IMG/VR virus record: IMGVR_UViG_2579778807_000004
Direction: 5' to 3' (one strand)
Length of the DNA: 44,314 bases
DNA from: a virus
Taxonomy: Duplodnaviria; Heunggongvirae; Uroviricota; Caudoviricetes
The translations under genes were made by a program, and so were the position numbers. The notes beneath the pieces are model-generated. The model was not told where the DNA came from. It ran no database searches and worked only from the letters and a program-made list of their open reading frames with translations. Positions 19,999-31,360 of the stretch are shown here, piece by piece; within the stretch, counting starts at the first letter, position 1; every line of letters begins with the position of its first letter.

Positions 19999-21468
19999 TC
20001 ATTTCGTTGCGGCACTGCTGCCTCCTTTATCACTGGCCGGATCGGTATCAAATACCAGATCCAGATTGCGGTTTTCATCAATTTCGGCCTTGCGCCGACG
20101 TTTGACATCATCCGGATTACGACCACCAGCACGTACCCAGTCTGATTCTGTCGCCGCTCCACCACGAATCTGGATTTTCCAGGCCTCAGCCTCCTTAACA
20201 GGGTCAATCCACGGCATCACTGGTCCGGAATACACCGCGGTATACAGTGAAGAACGGTCAAGATCGCGGGGTAGCCTGATAACACCGGATGCCACAGCCT
20301 GTTTCAGCCATGCACGATACATCGGGCGGGTGACGGCACCAATAAACCAGTCCTGCAGGATCAGGTAGCCATCAGTGGATTCAACCAGCTCCTGACGCTG
20401 GGCGCTGTAAGTGCCGTTATAGTTGCGCGCTGTACTGGAAAAACTCAGACGACTGCCCGCCGCCACGGCACGCAACTGACCATTACGAAAAGTTTCAAGG
20501 TTAGGATTGGGGCGATCCGACTTCACCATTCCGATTTCTTCGCCGGGTTTCAGATCGTCGTAAATAATGCCCGGCTGAATGGTAAGCTCACGTTCATTCT
20601 CCTTTCTGCCATTACCATCCGGTTCATAGCTCTGCCCGTCGCCTTTCCGGATGTACATCCCCAGAGCAGCGGCGATCCTTGCTGCAGTCAGCTCAGAATC
20701 TTCATATTCTTTCAGGGCACTGAGGCGGATCAGCACACCGGACAACAAAGACGTCCCGCGCATCTGGTGCAGACGGCGAACAAATTTAAGATGCAGCATT
20801 CGCTCTGCATCCACTTCTTTGGTTTCCATCTGCCGTCCGGATACGGGACGGCTTTTATACACCAGATATTTTTCGGGACGCCCCCAGTCATCAACAAACA
20901 CGCCCTGATTCAGCCTGTTGCTCTCATCACTGGTCATGGGAATAAAGTCCGGCTCGAGCGCCTCCAGCCAGAAATGAACACCGGCAGAAGGCGCCAGGCT
21001 GTTTATGCGCCCGGAAACCATCTGGGCAAACACCTCACCATCGCGCAGCCAGGTACGAAGCATCAGACGTTCCAGCATCGGACGGGTAAACTGCCCGGTG
21101 ACTTCCGGGCTGACAGACCATTCACTCCATCGGGTGCGAATCTCCGCAGCCAGGTCACGGGCAATGGCCCCATTGCGTAATACCGGATGTGGCTCGACAA
21201 TAATCCCGTTTTTCCCCACCACCCGTTCTTCCAGCTTGTCAAATACACCAATAACCAGATCGTGGTTGTTATCAAGGTAACGGGCCTGCTCACGTAACGA
21301 CACGGCCCCGTACTGGCTTAACTGGTCGGCAGTTCGGTTCTCCCGTCGGGCTTTGTGTGTCCGCGTCGTTTTTACGGCCTCATAAGCCTGGATCACCGCA
21401 CGGGAACGCAGCCTTGCCGCTTTCCATCCTGGTGAAAAAACGCCAATCACATCATCAAGAATTGCCAT
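19999..21468 (-). CDS. Portal protein
   Basis: ~490 aa between gpW-like gene and protease/capsid gene; start ATG overlaps gpW-like stop (TGATG). Confidence 0.8.
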   Translation of the reverse strand: MAILDDVIGVFSPGWKAARLRSRAVIQAYEAVKTTRTHKARRENRTADQLSQYGAVSLREQARYLDNNHDLVIGVFDKLEERVVGKNGIIVEPHPVLRNGAIARDLAAEIRTRWSEWSVSPEVTGQFTRPMLERLMLRTWLRDGEVFAQMVSGRINSLAPSAGVHFWLEALEPDFIPMTSDESNRLNQGVFVDDWGRPEKYLVYKSRPVSGRQMETKEVDAERMLHLKFVRRLHQMRGTSLLSGVLIRLSALKEYEDSELTAARIAAALGMYIRKGDGQSYEPDGNGRKENERELTIQPGIIYDDLKPGEEIGMVKSDRPNPNLETFRNGQLRAVAAGSRLSFSSTARNYNGTYSAQRQELVESTDGYLILQDWFIGAVTRPMYRAWLKQAVASGVIRLPRDLDRSSLYTAVYSGPVMPWIDPVKEAEAWKIQIRGGAATESDWVRAGGRNPDDVKRRRKAEIDENRNLDLVFDTDPASDKGGSSAATK

Positions 21469-21680
21469 CAGAACCTCGCCAGCCGGTACCCGGGATGCCC
21501 CCGTCGTCGTGTAATCAGAGCCGCAAGGCGGCGCTCCCACTCCTGCCGTCCCTGCCGGATCTCAGATAAGTTTTCCATGGTCATCTGCTGACCATTAAAG
21601 GTGACGGATTTTCCGTCCAGCACCGCCATTTCAGCTTCCGTATAACGCTGAATCATGGCTTCGATATCATTCTGGTTCAT
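21468..21680 (-). CDS. gpW-like head-tail joining protein
   Basis: 70 aa; C-terminus ITRRRGHPGYRLARF resembles lambda W (TQRRRGPAGFYV); ATGA overlap with terminase stop. Confidence 0.7.
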   Translation of the reverse strand: MNQNDIEAMIQRYTEAEMAVLDGKSVTFNGQQMTMENLSEIRQGRQEWERRLAALITRRRGHPGYRLARF

Positions 21681-23776
21681 AACCATCCTCCGGAAGTCAG
21701 CCAGGGGTTAACATCGTCAGTTACTGTTTTCTTCCGTTTTTGTTTTTTAACAGGCGTGGATACCGGTTCCGGTGAGGATGACGGTTCGGTACTGTCCTGG
21801 ACACACTCCAGCCAGGTCTCCCGGCTCGCCCACTCCGGTGCATCCGGCCAGCGGATCTTTTCGTATCCATGCAGAATGACCAGAGCCTCGGCATACACCA
21901 TCAGGTCAAAAGCTTCGTTGGCACCGCGACCCGGCTTACTCCATTTCCCGTCACTGCTCCGCTCTTCATACGTCAGTTCGTCGTAAAACCAGCTCCCCAG
22001 CCAGTCAGGGAAATGCACATAGCCTGGACCTGGCGAGTCACGCCATAACGCGTTATTCACCCGGTCTTTCAGGGCATCCGTCTGAAGAAGCCAGAGCGGC
22101 ACATCACCTGCGGCCTGCGCCCGGCGGCCCGTTCGTCCGGTGTTATCAGGGAATGTACGGCTGATCAGTTTTGCGCGCCGGATGCTGTCACCCTTAAACA
22201 GGTAAATACGTTTACCAAGGCCATCACGACGGCAACGACGCCAGAATTTATAGGCATTATCAGTGACCCCGTCTTCACCGCCGGAGTCCACCGCCATTGC
22301 CATCAGTCGCATTTGTTGAGAAGGATCGGAGGCCAGCGGCCAGCTTTTATGAAAAACATCCGTCAGCAGGACATCCCAGTCTTCCGGATAGCTGGCCGGA
22401 TCAATTCGCTGGCTCTCCCCGTCGCAGTCACTGCGCAATGACTGCGTGATGTTGTAACGATCAATAATCCAGCGTTCGCCACGACTGCCATAGCCCGTTA
22501 CCTGAACCACAAAACGGCGATGACGTCCCGCCTGCACATCCACTGTCGCCACAAGGAAATTAACGCCATCCGGCACACTGCGGGAAGGAACTGGCTCTGC
22601 CCGCTGCTCAAGCAGTTCACTTTTTCGTTGCTCCATGCTGGCACGAGGAAGATAAGGCAATCCCCAGTCGGTGTTGATAACCGCCCTGAGTGTTTCTTCG
22701 CTTCCTGTCGCTTCATACTCCTGTTCTGCAGTCAGTAATTTGTAAACCAGTTGCGCCCAGGTCTGATACGCAGCAGCTGGCCCTTCCATCCAGAAACTGG
22801 CGATACGGGAGCGGCGCGGTTCACCGGAAACGTTGCCGTTACGATCAATGACCTGACCTTCACGCAACCAGACTCCTGCACTATTGAGCTCACGCTTTTT
22901 CTCCGCAGTGATAATGCCGCTGCAGTGCGGGCAAAGTAGATACGCCGCCTCACTGGCTTTAAAGGGATCCGGTTCATTACGGTAGCCGGTCATGGCATCC
23001 ATGGCTGGCTGAAAATATTCACCGCAGTGCGGACATGACCAGTACCAGCGGCGGCGGTCACCACGATTGTAAAGGGAAAGAATACCAGTCGTCGGTGGCG
23101 CTTCATGAGGCGACTTACGTCGCCATTTGCTGTCGCAGATGTCACGTCCCGGCGAGCTCTCCACCAGAGTCATCCCGGCGGACATAAATGTGGTGGTACG
23201 TTTTGAGGCCAGGGAGAAACCATCACCCTCGCTGTCGATATTCTCCGGAAAACGGTCGTAATCGGTTAAGGCGACAAACCGGTAATCCGACGACGACATA
23301 ATGTTGACCGAGGGCCAACCAATTTTAAGGAACGAGCCATCCCTGAACGTCTTATCATGGACATTATTGTCGTTACGACGTGGACTCATTCTTTTCTTTA
23401 CCGCCGCACTGCTTCTGAACGTTCTGTCGAGGCGCTTTTTAGAATGCTCGCGGGCCTTATCTTCGGTCATCTGCACAACGAGCATGTCCGAAGGATCGCA
23501 AACGATGGTATAGACAATCCATCCATCGATCAGACCAATGGTCTTCCCTGTTCGCGCAGGACCAACAAAAATCACCGCATCGTATTCACGCGATGCCAGG
23601 CAGTTCATGGGCTCAATGATGTAGGGTGTCAGTTCAGGATCCCATGGCACCGAGTTACCAGCCCCCTTGGGAACACGCATGAATTTTTTAACAGCCTCCG
23701 AAATCGGCATGCGACGTGGTGGGGAAAATCCTGCCGATATGTCCCTTCCCAAATTTCGGGCTGATGAAAAACCCAT
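21677..23776 (-). CDS. Terminase large subunit (lambda gpA family)
   Basis: 699 aa; CPHCGEYFQ zinc motif comparable to lambda A CPHCGEEQY; AGGAGG ribosome-binding site; follows small subunit. Confidence 0.88.
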   Translation of the reverse strand: MGFSSARNLGRDISAGFSPPRRMPISEAVKKFMRVPKGAGNSVPWDPELTPYIIEPMNCLASREYDAVIFVGPARTGKTIGLIDGWIVYTIVCDPSDMLVVQMTEDKAREHSKKRLDRTFRSSAAVKKRMSPRRNDNNVHDKTFRDGSFLKIGWPSVNIMSSSDYRFVALTDYDRFPENIDSEGDGFSLASKRTTTFMSAGMTLVESSPGRDICDSKWRRKSPHEAPPTTGILSLYNRGDRRRWYWSCPHCGEYFQPAMDAMTGYRNEPDPFKASEAAYLLCPHCSGIITAEKKRELNSAGVWLREGQVIDRNGNVSGEPRRSRIASFWMEGPAAAYQTWAQLVYKLLTAEQEYEATGSEETLRAVINTDWGLPYLPRASMEQRKSELLEQRAEPVPSRSVPDGVNFLVATVDVQAGRHRRFVVQVTGYGSRGERWIIDRYNITQSLRSDCDGESQRIDPASYPEDWDVLLTDVFHKSWPLASDPSQQMRLMAMAVDSGGEDGVTDNAYKFWRRCRRDGLGKRIYLFKGDSIRRAKLISRTFPDNTGRTGRRAQAAGDVPLWLLQTDALKDRVNNALWRDSPGPGYVHFPDWLGSWFYDELTYEERSSDGKWSKPGRGANEAFDLMVYAEALVILHGYEKIRWPDAPEWASRETWLECVQDSTEPSSSPEPVSTPVKKQKRKKTVTDDVNPWLTSGGWL

Positions 23777-23784
23777 TATTCCTC

Positions 23785-24312
23785 CTAGAGACTCTCTCCT
23801 TCCTCATCAGGAATTAATTCAGCAGCACAAGCCTCGTAGGATTTTTCCTGAAGAGTGTATCGCAGGTCATCAATGGCCTGCTGTACAACGCCGACGGCCT
23901 GAGGAGTCAGGGCGCAATCGCGTTCAAGAACATCCGGAATTGTCTCCAGAACCTGGACGACAGCCTTTCTCATGGACGAATAGACGATGACTACTTCATC
24001 AACGGGGATGAGTTTTCGCTGCTCCTTTTCCAGCTTGATCCTTTCATTTTCAGATTGGTACCAGTCCTTTCTCTCTTTCGGCTCCATACGGGATGGATCA
24101 TGAACAGAGTCTGCTGCCTCATGCTTCACACTAAACAGGGCTGGCCCGACATGCTGCAGGGCGTAAACGGGGTTCCCCCTGATAGTCGCAGCCACAGGAG
24201 TGTTGGCCGCGAGGAGCCGTTTTTTTACTGTGTCCCGGTGAAGCCCAAAGGCCTCAGCGATTTTAAAAACACTCCAGTAATAAGCATCACCGATCCCGCT
24301 CACATTTGACAT
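23785..24312 (-). CDS. Terminase small subunit (Nu1-like, N-terminal wHTH)
   Basis: Immediately upstream of TerL, ~190 nt downstream of cos-like sequence; start at internal ATG with GGAG ribosome-binding site (track start 24342). Confidence 0.7.
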   Translation of the reverse strand: MSNVSGIGDAYYWSVFKIAEAFGLHRDTVKKRLLAANTPVAATIRGNPVYALQHVGPALFSVKHEAADSVHDPSRMEPKERKDWYQSENERIKLEKEQRKLIPVDEVVIVYSSMRKAVVQVLETIPDVLERDCALTPQAVGVVQQAIDDLRYTLQEKSYEACAAELIPDEEGESL

Positions 24313-24484
24313 AAGCAACTCCATCTGGCAGGTGAAAATCATGTTTATTTATATATTTCAATTAATTGCAAACTGGTCTAATGACAGGGAGAAAAAAATA
24401 TTGTACAGGTGAAAAGAGAAATAACTTTTAATTATCAATAAATTACCAAACATGCTGCCGCCGCCATGGAAATGCAAAAACTAG

Positions 24485-24525
24485 CCTTTTTCCGCGACGC
24501 TCCCGCCCCGTGGCAGGGACCCCCA
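24485..24525 (-). other. Candidate cos site (cosN-like nicking sequence)
   Basis: Minus strand reads CCACGGGGCGGGAGCGTCGCGG, closely resembling lambda cos ACGGGGCGGCGACCTCGCGGG, at the lambda-like distance upstream of the small terminase gene. Confidence 0.5.
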
Positions 24526-24874
24526 CTGGGAGGACCCGACAGCCTGACAACCGTGACGAGCATCTGAAACAGAGCTTTACATAATGGCATGGGGATAATT
24601 CAGAAGGACATCACAGCATGCCCACACAAATTAGTGTGAGTGTCCTGTTTCTTACTACGCGCAGGACTGACGAGCATGAGGGGAAAATACGCGAACCGAA
24701 ATGCCTTATCTTCAGAAATGCAGCCGGCATCCGAACTGGACGATATTGTAAATTCACCTAAATACGAGGCATTGCTGTAGTTGAATTGCAGTACTGTATT
24801 AGCCTTACAGTGACAGAATACGATATTGACTCTGTCACTTGTGAAATGGTCAGAATGGTTGGCAGTTATGGTGA

Positions 24875-25081
24875 TCAGTCAACCACCAGGGAATAATCCT
24901 TCGTATTCTTATCGTGCTTTACTAACGCGGCCTCAATTGCCCTGAATGCTTCCAGAGATACTTGATGTTCTATACATGCAATTACAACATCCGGGTAACC
25001 CATCGAAATGGTGCTATTAAGCATAGTTTTTACACGAACCTGCTCCTGGGAGGGGGCATCAGTGTATTGATCTTTATGCAT
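24875..25081 (-). CDS. Hypothetical small protein (post-lysis cargo region)
   Basis: 68-aa ORF in same orientation as neighbours; no recognisable family. Confidence 0.35.
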   Translation of the reverse strand: MHKDQYTDAPSQEQVRVKTMLNSTISMGYPDVVIACIEHQVSLEAFRAIEAALVKHDKNTKDYSLVVD

Positions 25082-25376
25082 TTTGTCGCTCCATTCGTTT
25101 GCTCTTCACTTGCGGCTAAAAATATAACGTCAAATCACTCAGCATGAAAGAGTGAAAGTTTCAGCGCGTTTCCCTTACATAATCTGTCGTTTGTATTCTC
25201 TTCAGGCATACCGGAAAGACTAGGTATTGTCACATAACCAATACCATCGACAATCGAGATTTATATCTATTCGGTAATGTTTAAATATAACAAAACCCCG
25301 TAAAAACGAGGTTTATGGGTAATTTGTATTGTTGAATAGCATCTGATGAGAAATTGATGCTAATACTATAAACATG

Positions 25377-25550
25377 CTAGATTAAATCAATCTTGATATC
25401 ATAGCTTTCAAGACCAGTCATTTTTTCCCGTGCAGTAAACTGGATACTGGTAACTTCTTTCCCGGTCTTTTTCTTAAGCTCAATGATTTTTTTTGTTATA
25501 TATTCAGAAATATCTGCTTCTGTTTTTGTTTTTAACTCTTCAATGTTCAT
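25377..25550 (-). CDS. gnsB: GnsA/GnsB-family protein
   Basis: MNIEELK...KEV..I.FTAREKMTGLESYD.KI matches remembered GnsB; AGAGGA ribosome-binding site before ATGATG. Confidence 0.65.
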   Translation of the reverse strand: MNIEELKTKTEADISEYITKKIIELKKKTGKEVTSIQFTAREKMTGLESYDIKIDLI

Positions 25551-25722
25551 CATTTCCTCTTTTAGTCTGTTATGACTGTCCTGGTACACAGTAGTGTCAA
25601 TTATATGGAGCAAACGTATAAAAGATAAGATGAAACATCGCAATAATCAACATACGACGGTCTAAATTTCACACAAACAGATAAAGATGATTATCATTTA
25701 TTATCAATGCATTAGAATCAAA

Positions 25723-25950
25723 TCAATTCAAGAGTCTCATTGCTGCTTCCAGAATTTCTTCTGAAGTTACATGTCGATCCGCTGCTACATAAATGACTTT
25801 ATGATCTCCGGTCAGAGATGGAAACCCTGCGGCCATTACAGTAAGGTGTGTTTTTTCGCCATTTGGATATTCACGCATGATGGTGTTAACTCCAGTCATC
25901 GCTGGCACTACCACTGCTGGTTCAGAGTTAAAAAAAACTATGATTTTTTT
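25723..25950 (-). CDS. Hypothetical protein (ynfN-position)
   Basis: ORF MKKIIVFFNSEP... between gnsB-like and csp genes. Confidence 0.4.
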   Translation of the reverse strand, partial: KKIIVFFNSEPAVVVPAMTGVNTIMREYPNGEKTHLTVMAAGFPSLTGDHKVIYVAADRHVTSEEILEAAMRLLN

Positions 25951-26224
25951 CATGATGTTACCGTAGTATGTGAGTATCCATCGAATAGATACCAAGCAAA
26001 AAAGCTCCCGAAGGAGCCTTCATTTTCACTTTTTTAAATCCAACGACAGACGGCTGGCATTTAAGTATTGTGAAATATTATCAAATGTAATCATCATTGA
26101 TTTACAAAAGATACATTTTGCCCCGAAAGGATTCATGTCAGAAACATCAAAAGATGATGTTCTATACTGGGAACCATGACAACACGGGCATCTAAAGTGA
26201 ATATGGTTTGTAATATTGTCTACC

Positions 26225-26437
26225 TCAAAGCGCCACTACATGAACAGCGGCAGGACCTTTAGGTCCGTTCTCAATACCAAATTCAACTTCCTGATTCTCA
26301 GTTAATGTTTTGAAATCGTTGCTCTGAATTGCTGAGAAATGGACAAACACATCTTTGCTGCCATCTTTCGGCGTGATGAAACCAAAACCTTTTTCAGGGT
26401 TAAACCATTTCACTAAACCAGTCATTTTGTTAGACAT
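26225..26437 (-). CDS. Cold-shock protein, CspA family
   Basis: [35 protein letters not shown]... canonical cold-shock domain; long AT-rich 5' leader upstream. Confidence 0.92.
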   Translation of the reverse strand: MSNKMTGLVKWFNPEKGFGFITPKDGSKDVFVHFSAIQSNDFKTLTENQEVEFGIENGPKGPAAVHVVAL

Positions 26438-26800
26438 AATTATTACCTTTTGAAGAAATTAGCCCTTGGGCAGAATGGTCCGAAAAAAAATATCAGAGAG
26501 AAAAACCAACAAGGAAATCTCAAGAGGTACAAATAATAAAATTATAACAATGACTGCTTCAGATAAATTTGTAACAAACCAGAACACCATTAACGCATGA
26601 TTAACCACCCATAGCAAGGATTACTTTTGTAAAGAAAAACACAGCAATGAAAGAATAGCTTTATTTATTAATAATAACGTGTCATTCTGATTAAGACCTT
26701 TTATCTTACCCTTAAGATTTCAGGAATTTTGGCTCATGGAAGAGTCCTTTTTATTTAAATTTTACATTCCGCGATGTAAATGTTCCGATTTAATATTACC

Positions 26801-27824
<1,024 letters not shown>

Positions 27825-27828
<4 letters not shown>

Positions 27829-28136
27829 AGATATTTATGATGAGGACGCTCGTGCTTATTGGCAGGATTTTCAATCTTAAAGGAGTACTGATGCTGCAGA
27901 TAAGACTCAACTTTTTCTGACAATTTTTCTGCTACTTCCAGGAAGACTTGCCGGACGCTCATTCTGGCTGCTGCCTCATAAAACTCCAGCGCAGCTCCTT
28001 CAACACGGTCCATGGCGACATCCAGGCCAAAAATTTCACCGTCAAAGCGTTCTTTGTCCTGTAAGGCTACAGTTACCGTAACTTTATTCTCAAAATTACG
28101 GACTCCTTTCACAACCAGTTCATAGTCTTGAGTCAT
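27825..28136 (-). CDS. ydfR: DUF1327-like protein between holin and endolysin (YdfR-like)
   Basis: 103-aa acidic ORF translationally coupled between holin and endolysin, the position held by ydfR in Qin. Confidence 0.55.
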
Positions 28137-28140
28137 TGGA

Positions 28141-28356
28141 TTACTCTCCTCTCGCAGCCTTACGCCTGTCTTCTTTAATCTTGAAATAAAGATTTGTCAG
28201 ATACGTCAGCATGCCAAATACCAGACTACCCAATACACCTATTGCCGCCCACTGTGAGGGCGTGACTTTATCGAGCAACTGTAAAAACCAGTAGCCAGCA
28301 CTGCCTGCAGAGGTGCTGTAGGCGATGCCCGTTGTTAACTTATCCATGGATTTCAT
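28141..28356 (-). CDS. Holin, phage-21 S-type pinholin with dual-start motif
   Basis: [71 protein letters not shown] closely matches remembered S21; 71 aa; track ORF extends upstream. Confidence 0.9.
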   Translation of the reverse strand: MKSMDKLTTGIAYSTSAGSAGYWFLQLLDKVTPSQWAAIGVLGSLVFGMLTYLTNLYFKIKEDRRKAARGE

Positions 28357-28546
28357 AGCCTCACCTCCGCAGATAACGGATGGTGTACACGGTTTGGTTC
28401 GAAGAAGGAAAGAAGTTACATTAGCGTAAGGCCCGAACATCTATTCAAAAAGAAAAACGCCAGCAATTATTCTGGCGTAGCTAAAAATATCGTATAATCT
28501 TACACTTCAAAAAATAACTTTATAAAATGCCATCACATCATATCTT

Positions 28547-29269
28547 CTAAGAAAATCTTGATAAATATTGGTGCGGAGGCACACCAAAATATCCTCTAAA
28601 AACACTTACAAAATATGATGCATTGTCATACCCGCATATTCCCGCCACCTTGCCGACAGTATGGTTACTGTAGATCAATAATCTTTGCGCCATCATCATT
28701 CGTTCTTCAAGAATTAATTTACTAAACGATAATCCTTCGTCTTTTAATTTTCTTTTTAACAAACTCTCGCTCATATATAATCTTGAAGATATATCACAAA
28801 GTCTCCATGACGCTGAGATATCCGAGTGAATAATAGCCTTAACTTTACAACCTAAGCTATTAAGACTTCCGAACAAAAAACTTTGCACTATTTTCTCTGA
28901 AGATAAGACAGCAAGACATGCAAGTGATATTTGATTTCTAACTACATCCACGGTTTTGCTATCACAATTCAAGCATGCAACCAAGTTCTTTAACAATGAA
29001 AAATCTTCACATTCTACTATCAAGTATGACGGATAAAACCTTCTTACAGAAAAAGGTGAGAGTGTGTAGTTTTTAAAGAAATCATTAACTGTTTTCTCCT
29101 CAACATCTACGATCATTAGATGATCTGTATTTGACGAAAAAAGATCTTTTAAATTGTATTCAATGAGGACAGCATTTCCTTTTTTAAACAAAATATCTTC
29201 TTTACCAATTCGGACACCAAACGAGTTCAACACCAAAATGATAGAACATATGTATGGCATATTATCCAC
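28547..29269 (-). CDS. AraC-family transcriptional regulator (AT-rich cargo gene)
   Basis: C-terminal AraC-type HTH (...GKVAGICGYDNASYFVSVFRGYFGVPPHQY); AT-rich codon usage unlike phage core. Confidence 0.8.
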   Translation of the reverse strand: MDNMPYICSIILVLNSFGVRIGKEDILFKKGNAVLIEYNLKDLFSSNTDHLMIVDVEEKTVNDFFKNYTLSPFSVRRFYPSYLIVECEDFSLLKNLVACLNCDSKTVDVVRNQISLACLAVLSSEKIVQSFLFGSLNSLGCKVKAIIHSDISASWRLCDISSRLYMSESLLKRKLKDEGLSFSKLILEERMMMAQRLLIYSNHTVGKVAGICGYDNASYFVSVFRGYFGVPPHQYLSRFS

Positions 29270-29666
29270 CTGATATCATTGGGGTTACACCAGGTAAGTA
29301 TAGGTGGAAAATCAATATTCGCCAGTTCAACAATAAGGAAAATCTCATTGCATCACAACTATAAAACCATGTGTTTAACTCACAAAAAACAAATCATTAA
29401 ACTAATCTGTTATATTATAATAGCTGCGTGCAATAATAATATTATATGCTCTTAATATTCACTTGAAATATCTTCATATAAAAACAGATTGAATAAAATC
29501 TTTTGGGGCTGGTATGTTTACCAACATTAAATTGCATCTCAATGTTTTCTTTAGCGTGAACAGGATTTTTATACAAACTGACACTATGGGCATCATAGCG
29601 TAGTTTTTACGATTGTAAATATCCTGCATACAGGAACTCATCACTTTCAGATGATATCGCATACAG

Positions 29667-30626
29667 TTAATTCACCATCAGTCTTAGAGCCAGTTCTTCC
29701 GGATAGGGATCGAAGTAATTCTGTGTAAGCAAGTAATCATTAGGATACTCACCCAGATAATGCTTCAGCAGAGTCAACGGCGCAAGAAGAGGCAATGTGC
29801 CAAAGCGATAGTTAAGTATAACCTCGCTCAACTCTTTACGCTGGCGTGTACTTAAGTAATTACTAAAATACCCCTGTATATGCATCAGCACATTCGTGTG
29901 ATTTTTACGTGATGCTGGTTTTCTGAGAATCGCCATCAGATTATCACGATACACCTCAAAGTATGATTCAAGGTCCGCCCACTCGTGTATTGCAGCCACA
30001 AATGGTCCCATATCTTTATAGCCTGCCTGGCTATGCGCCAACAACTGAAGCTTATAACGACTATGAAAAGCTAATAACTCTCTTCTTGATAATTTCTCCT
30101 TGTAAAGATGATTGAGCTCATGCAAAGCAAAAACTCTTTCAATAAAATTCTCACGAAGCACTGGATCATGTAATCGCCCATCCTCTTCAACCGGTAGCCA
30201 GGAAAACTTTTCCATCAAAGTGCTCGTAAATAGTCCCACTCCATCTTTACGACCTCGATTACCATTTTCATCATAGACACGCACGCGCTCCATGCCACAG
30301 CTGGGAGATTTAGCACAAACCACAAACCCCGATACATCCTTTAATTTGTCCATATAAGAACGACTAAACTCTGTCATTCTCTCTGTCACATCCTCATTCT
30401 GGTCGTGGCTGAAACACATCCGTATATTTCCTTGCTTCGAGCGCACAAGTCGTAGAGCAGGACGCGGAACTGGCAGCCCTATAGCCATTTCCGGACATAC
30501 TGGTCTGAATGTTACCCATTCCACTAATTTGTCCATTAAAAAGTCATCTCTTTTGTGACCACCATCAAAACGAACAGCAGAACCGCCCAAACAACCGCTG
30601 ATCCCAATCACAGGTTTTTTTATCAT
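29667..30626 (-). CDS. DUF523/DUF1722 two-domain protein (YbgA-like; N-terminal domain resembles TudS-type Fe-S proteins)
   Basis: 319 aa; N-terminal Cys-containing motifs (ISGCLGG, CPE, CAKSPSCGME) then YbgA-like C-terminal domain; recalled from memory. Confidence 0.55.
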   Translation of the reverse strand: MIKKPVIGISGCLGGSAVRFDGGHKRDDFLMDKLVEWVTFRPVCPEMAIGLPVPRPALRLVRSKQGNIRMCFSHDQNEDVTERMTEFSRSYMDKLKDVSGFVVCAKSPSCGMERVRVYDENGNRGRKDGVGLFTSTLMEKFSWLPVEEDGRLHDPVLRENFIERVFALHELNHLYKEKLSRRELLAFHSRYKLQLLAHSQAGYKDMGPFVAAIHEWADLESYFEVYRDNLMAILRKPASRKNHTNVLMHIQGYFSNYLSTRQRKELSEVILNYRFGTLPLLAPLTLLKHYLGEYPNDYLLTQNYFDPYPEELALRLMVN

Positions 30627-30818
30627 TTCCTCCCCCTTGACTAATTCATTAACACATAAACTTTGTAATGCACGGACTAAATTGCCTTTCTGGCTTCATC
30701 ACTGACAATTTTTCTGTTATGGACTATTCCTAATATAGTAGGAAAGTTCTTTAAGTGATCGGTCGTACTCATCTATCTTTCATACTTACTCTCAACTATC
30801 AAAAGTACAGGATTTATT

Positions 30819-31343
30819 ATGAAGTTATGGCCTGTGTTGACTGGCATTGCACTCTCTTTCACTCTTATAGCATGTAAGGCCCCGACACCACCTAAAGGTG
30901 TGCAGCCGATTACAAATTTTGACGCCAACCGCTACCTCGGAAAATGGTATGAAATAGCTCGCCTCGAGAACTGGTTCGAACGTGGTCTGGAACAAGTCAG
31001 CGCTACTTATGAAAAACGGAACGACGGAGGGATTCGCGTACTTAACCGTGGATACGATCCAACGAAAAACAAATGGAGCGAGAGCGAAGGTAAAGCATAC
31101 TTTACTGGAGATACTAAAACTGCAGCGTTGAAAGTTTCGTTTTTTGGCCCCTTCTATGGTGGCTATAATGTAATCAAGCTGGATGATGAGTATAAGTATG
31201 CTCTTGTCAGTGGTCCGAACAGAGAATACCTATGGATTCTGGCAAGGACCCAAACTATTCCAGATAATGTAAAAGCAGACTATGTGCGTACCGCTCAAAA
31301 GTTGGGATTCAATGTCAATGAACTATTATGGGTTAAACAATAA
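30819..31343 (+). CDS. Outer-membrane lipocalin (Blc-like)
   Basis: Lipoprotein signal (LIACKAP) and strong similarity to remembered E. coli Blc (NFDA.RYLGKWYEIAR...FERGLE...KVSFFGPFYGGYNVI.LD.EY..ALV.GP.R.YLWIL.RT). Confidence 0.88.
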   Translation: MKLWPVLTGIALSFTLIACKAPTPPKGVQPITNFDANRYLGKWYEIARLENWFERGLEQVSATYEKRNDGGIRVLNRGYDPTKNKWSESEGKAYFTGDTKTAALKVSFFGPFYGGYNVIKLDDEYKYALVSGPNREYLWILARTQTIPDNVKADYVRTAQKLGFNVNELLWVKQ

Positions 31344-31360
31344 AATCCCCACCCGAAATG

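Noticed and set aside
29474-29662. 62-aa ORF between the DUF523/DUF1722 gene and the AraC gene
   Set aside because: Very AT-rich promoter-like region; hydrophobic junk-like translation; likely the AraC gene's upstream regulatory region.
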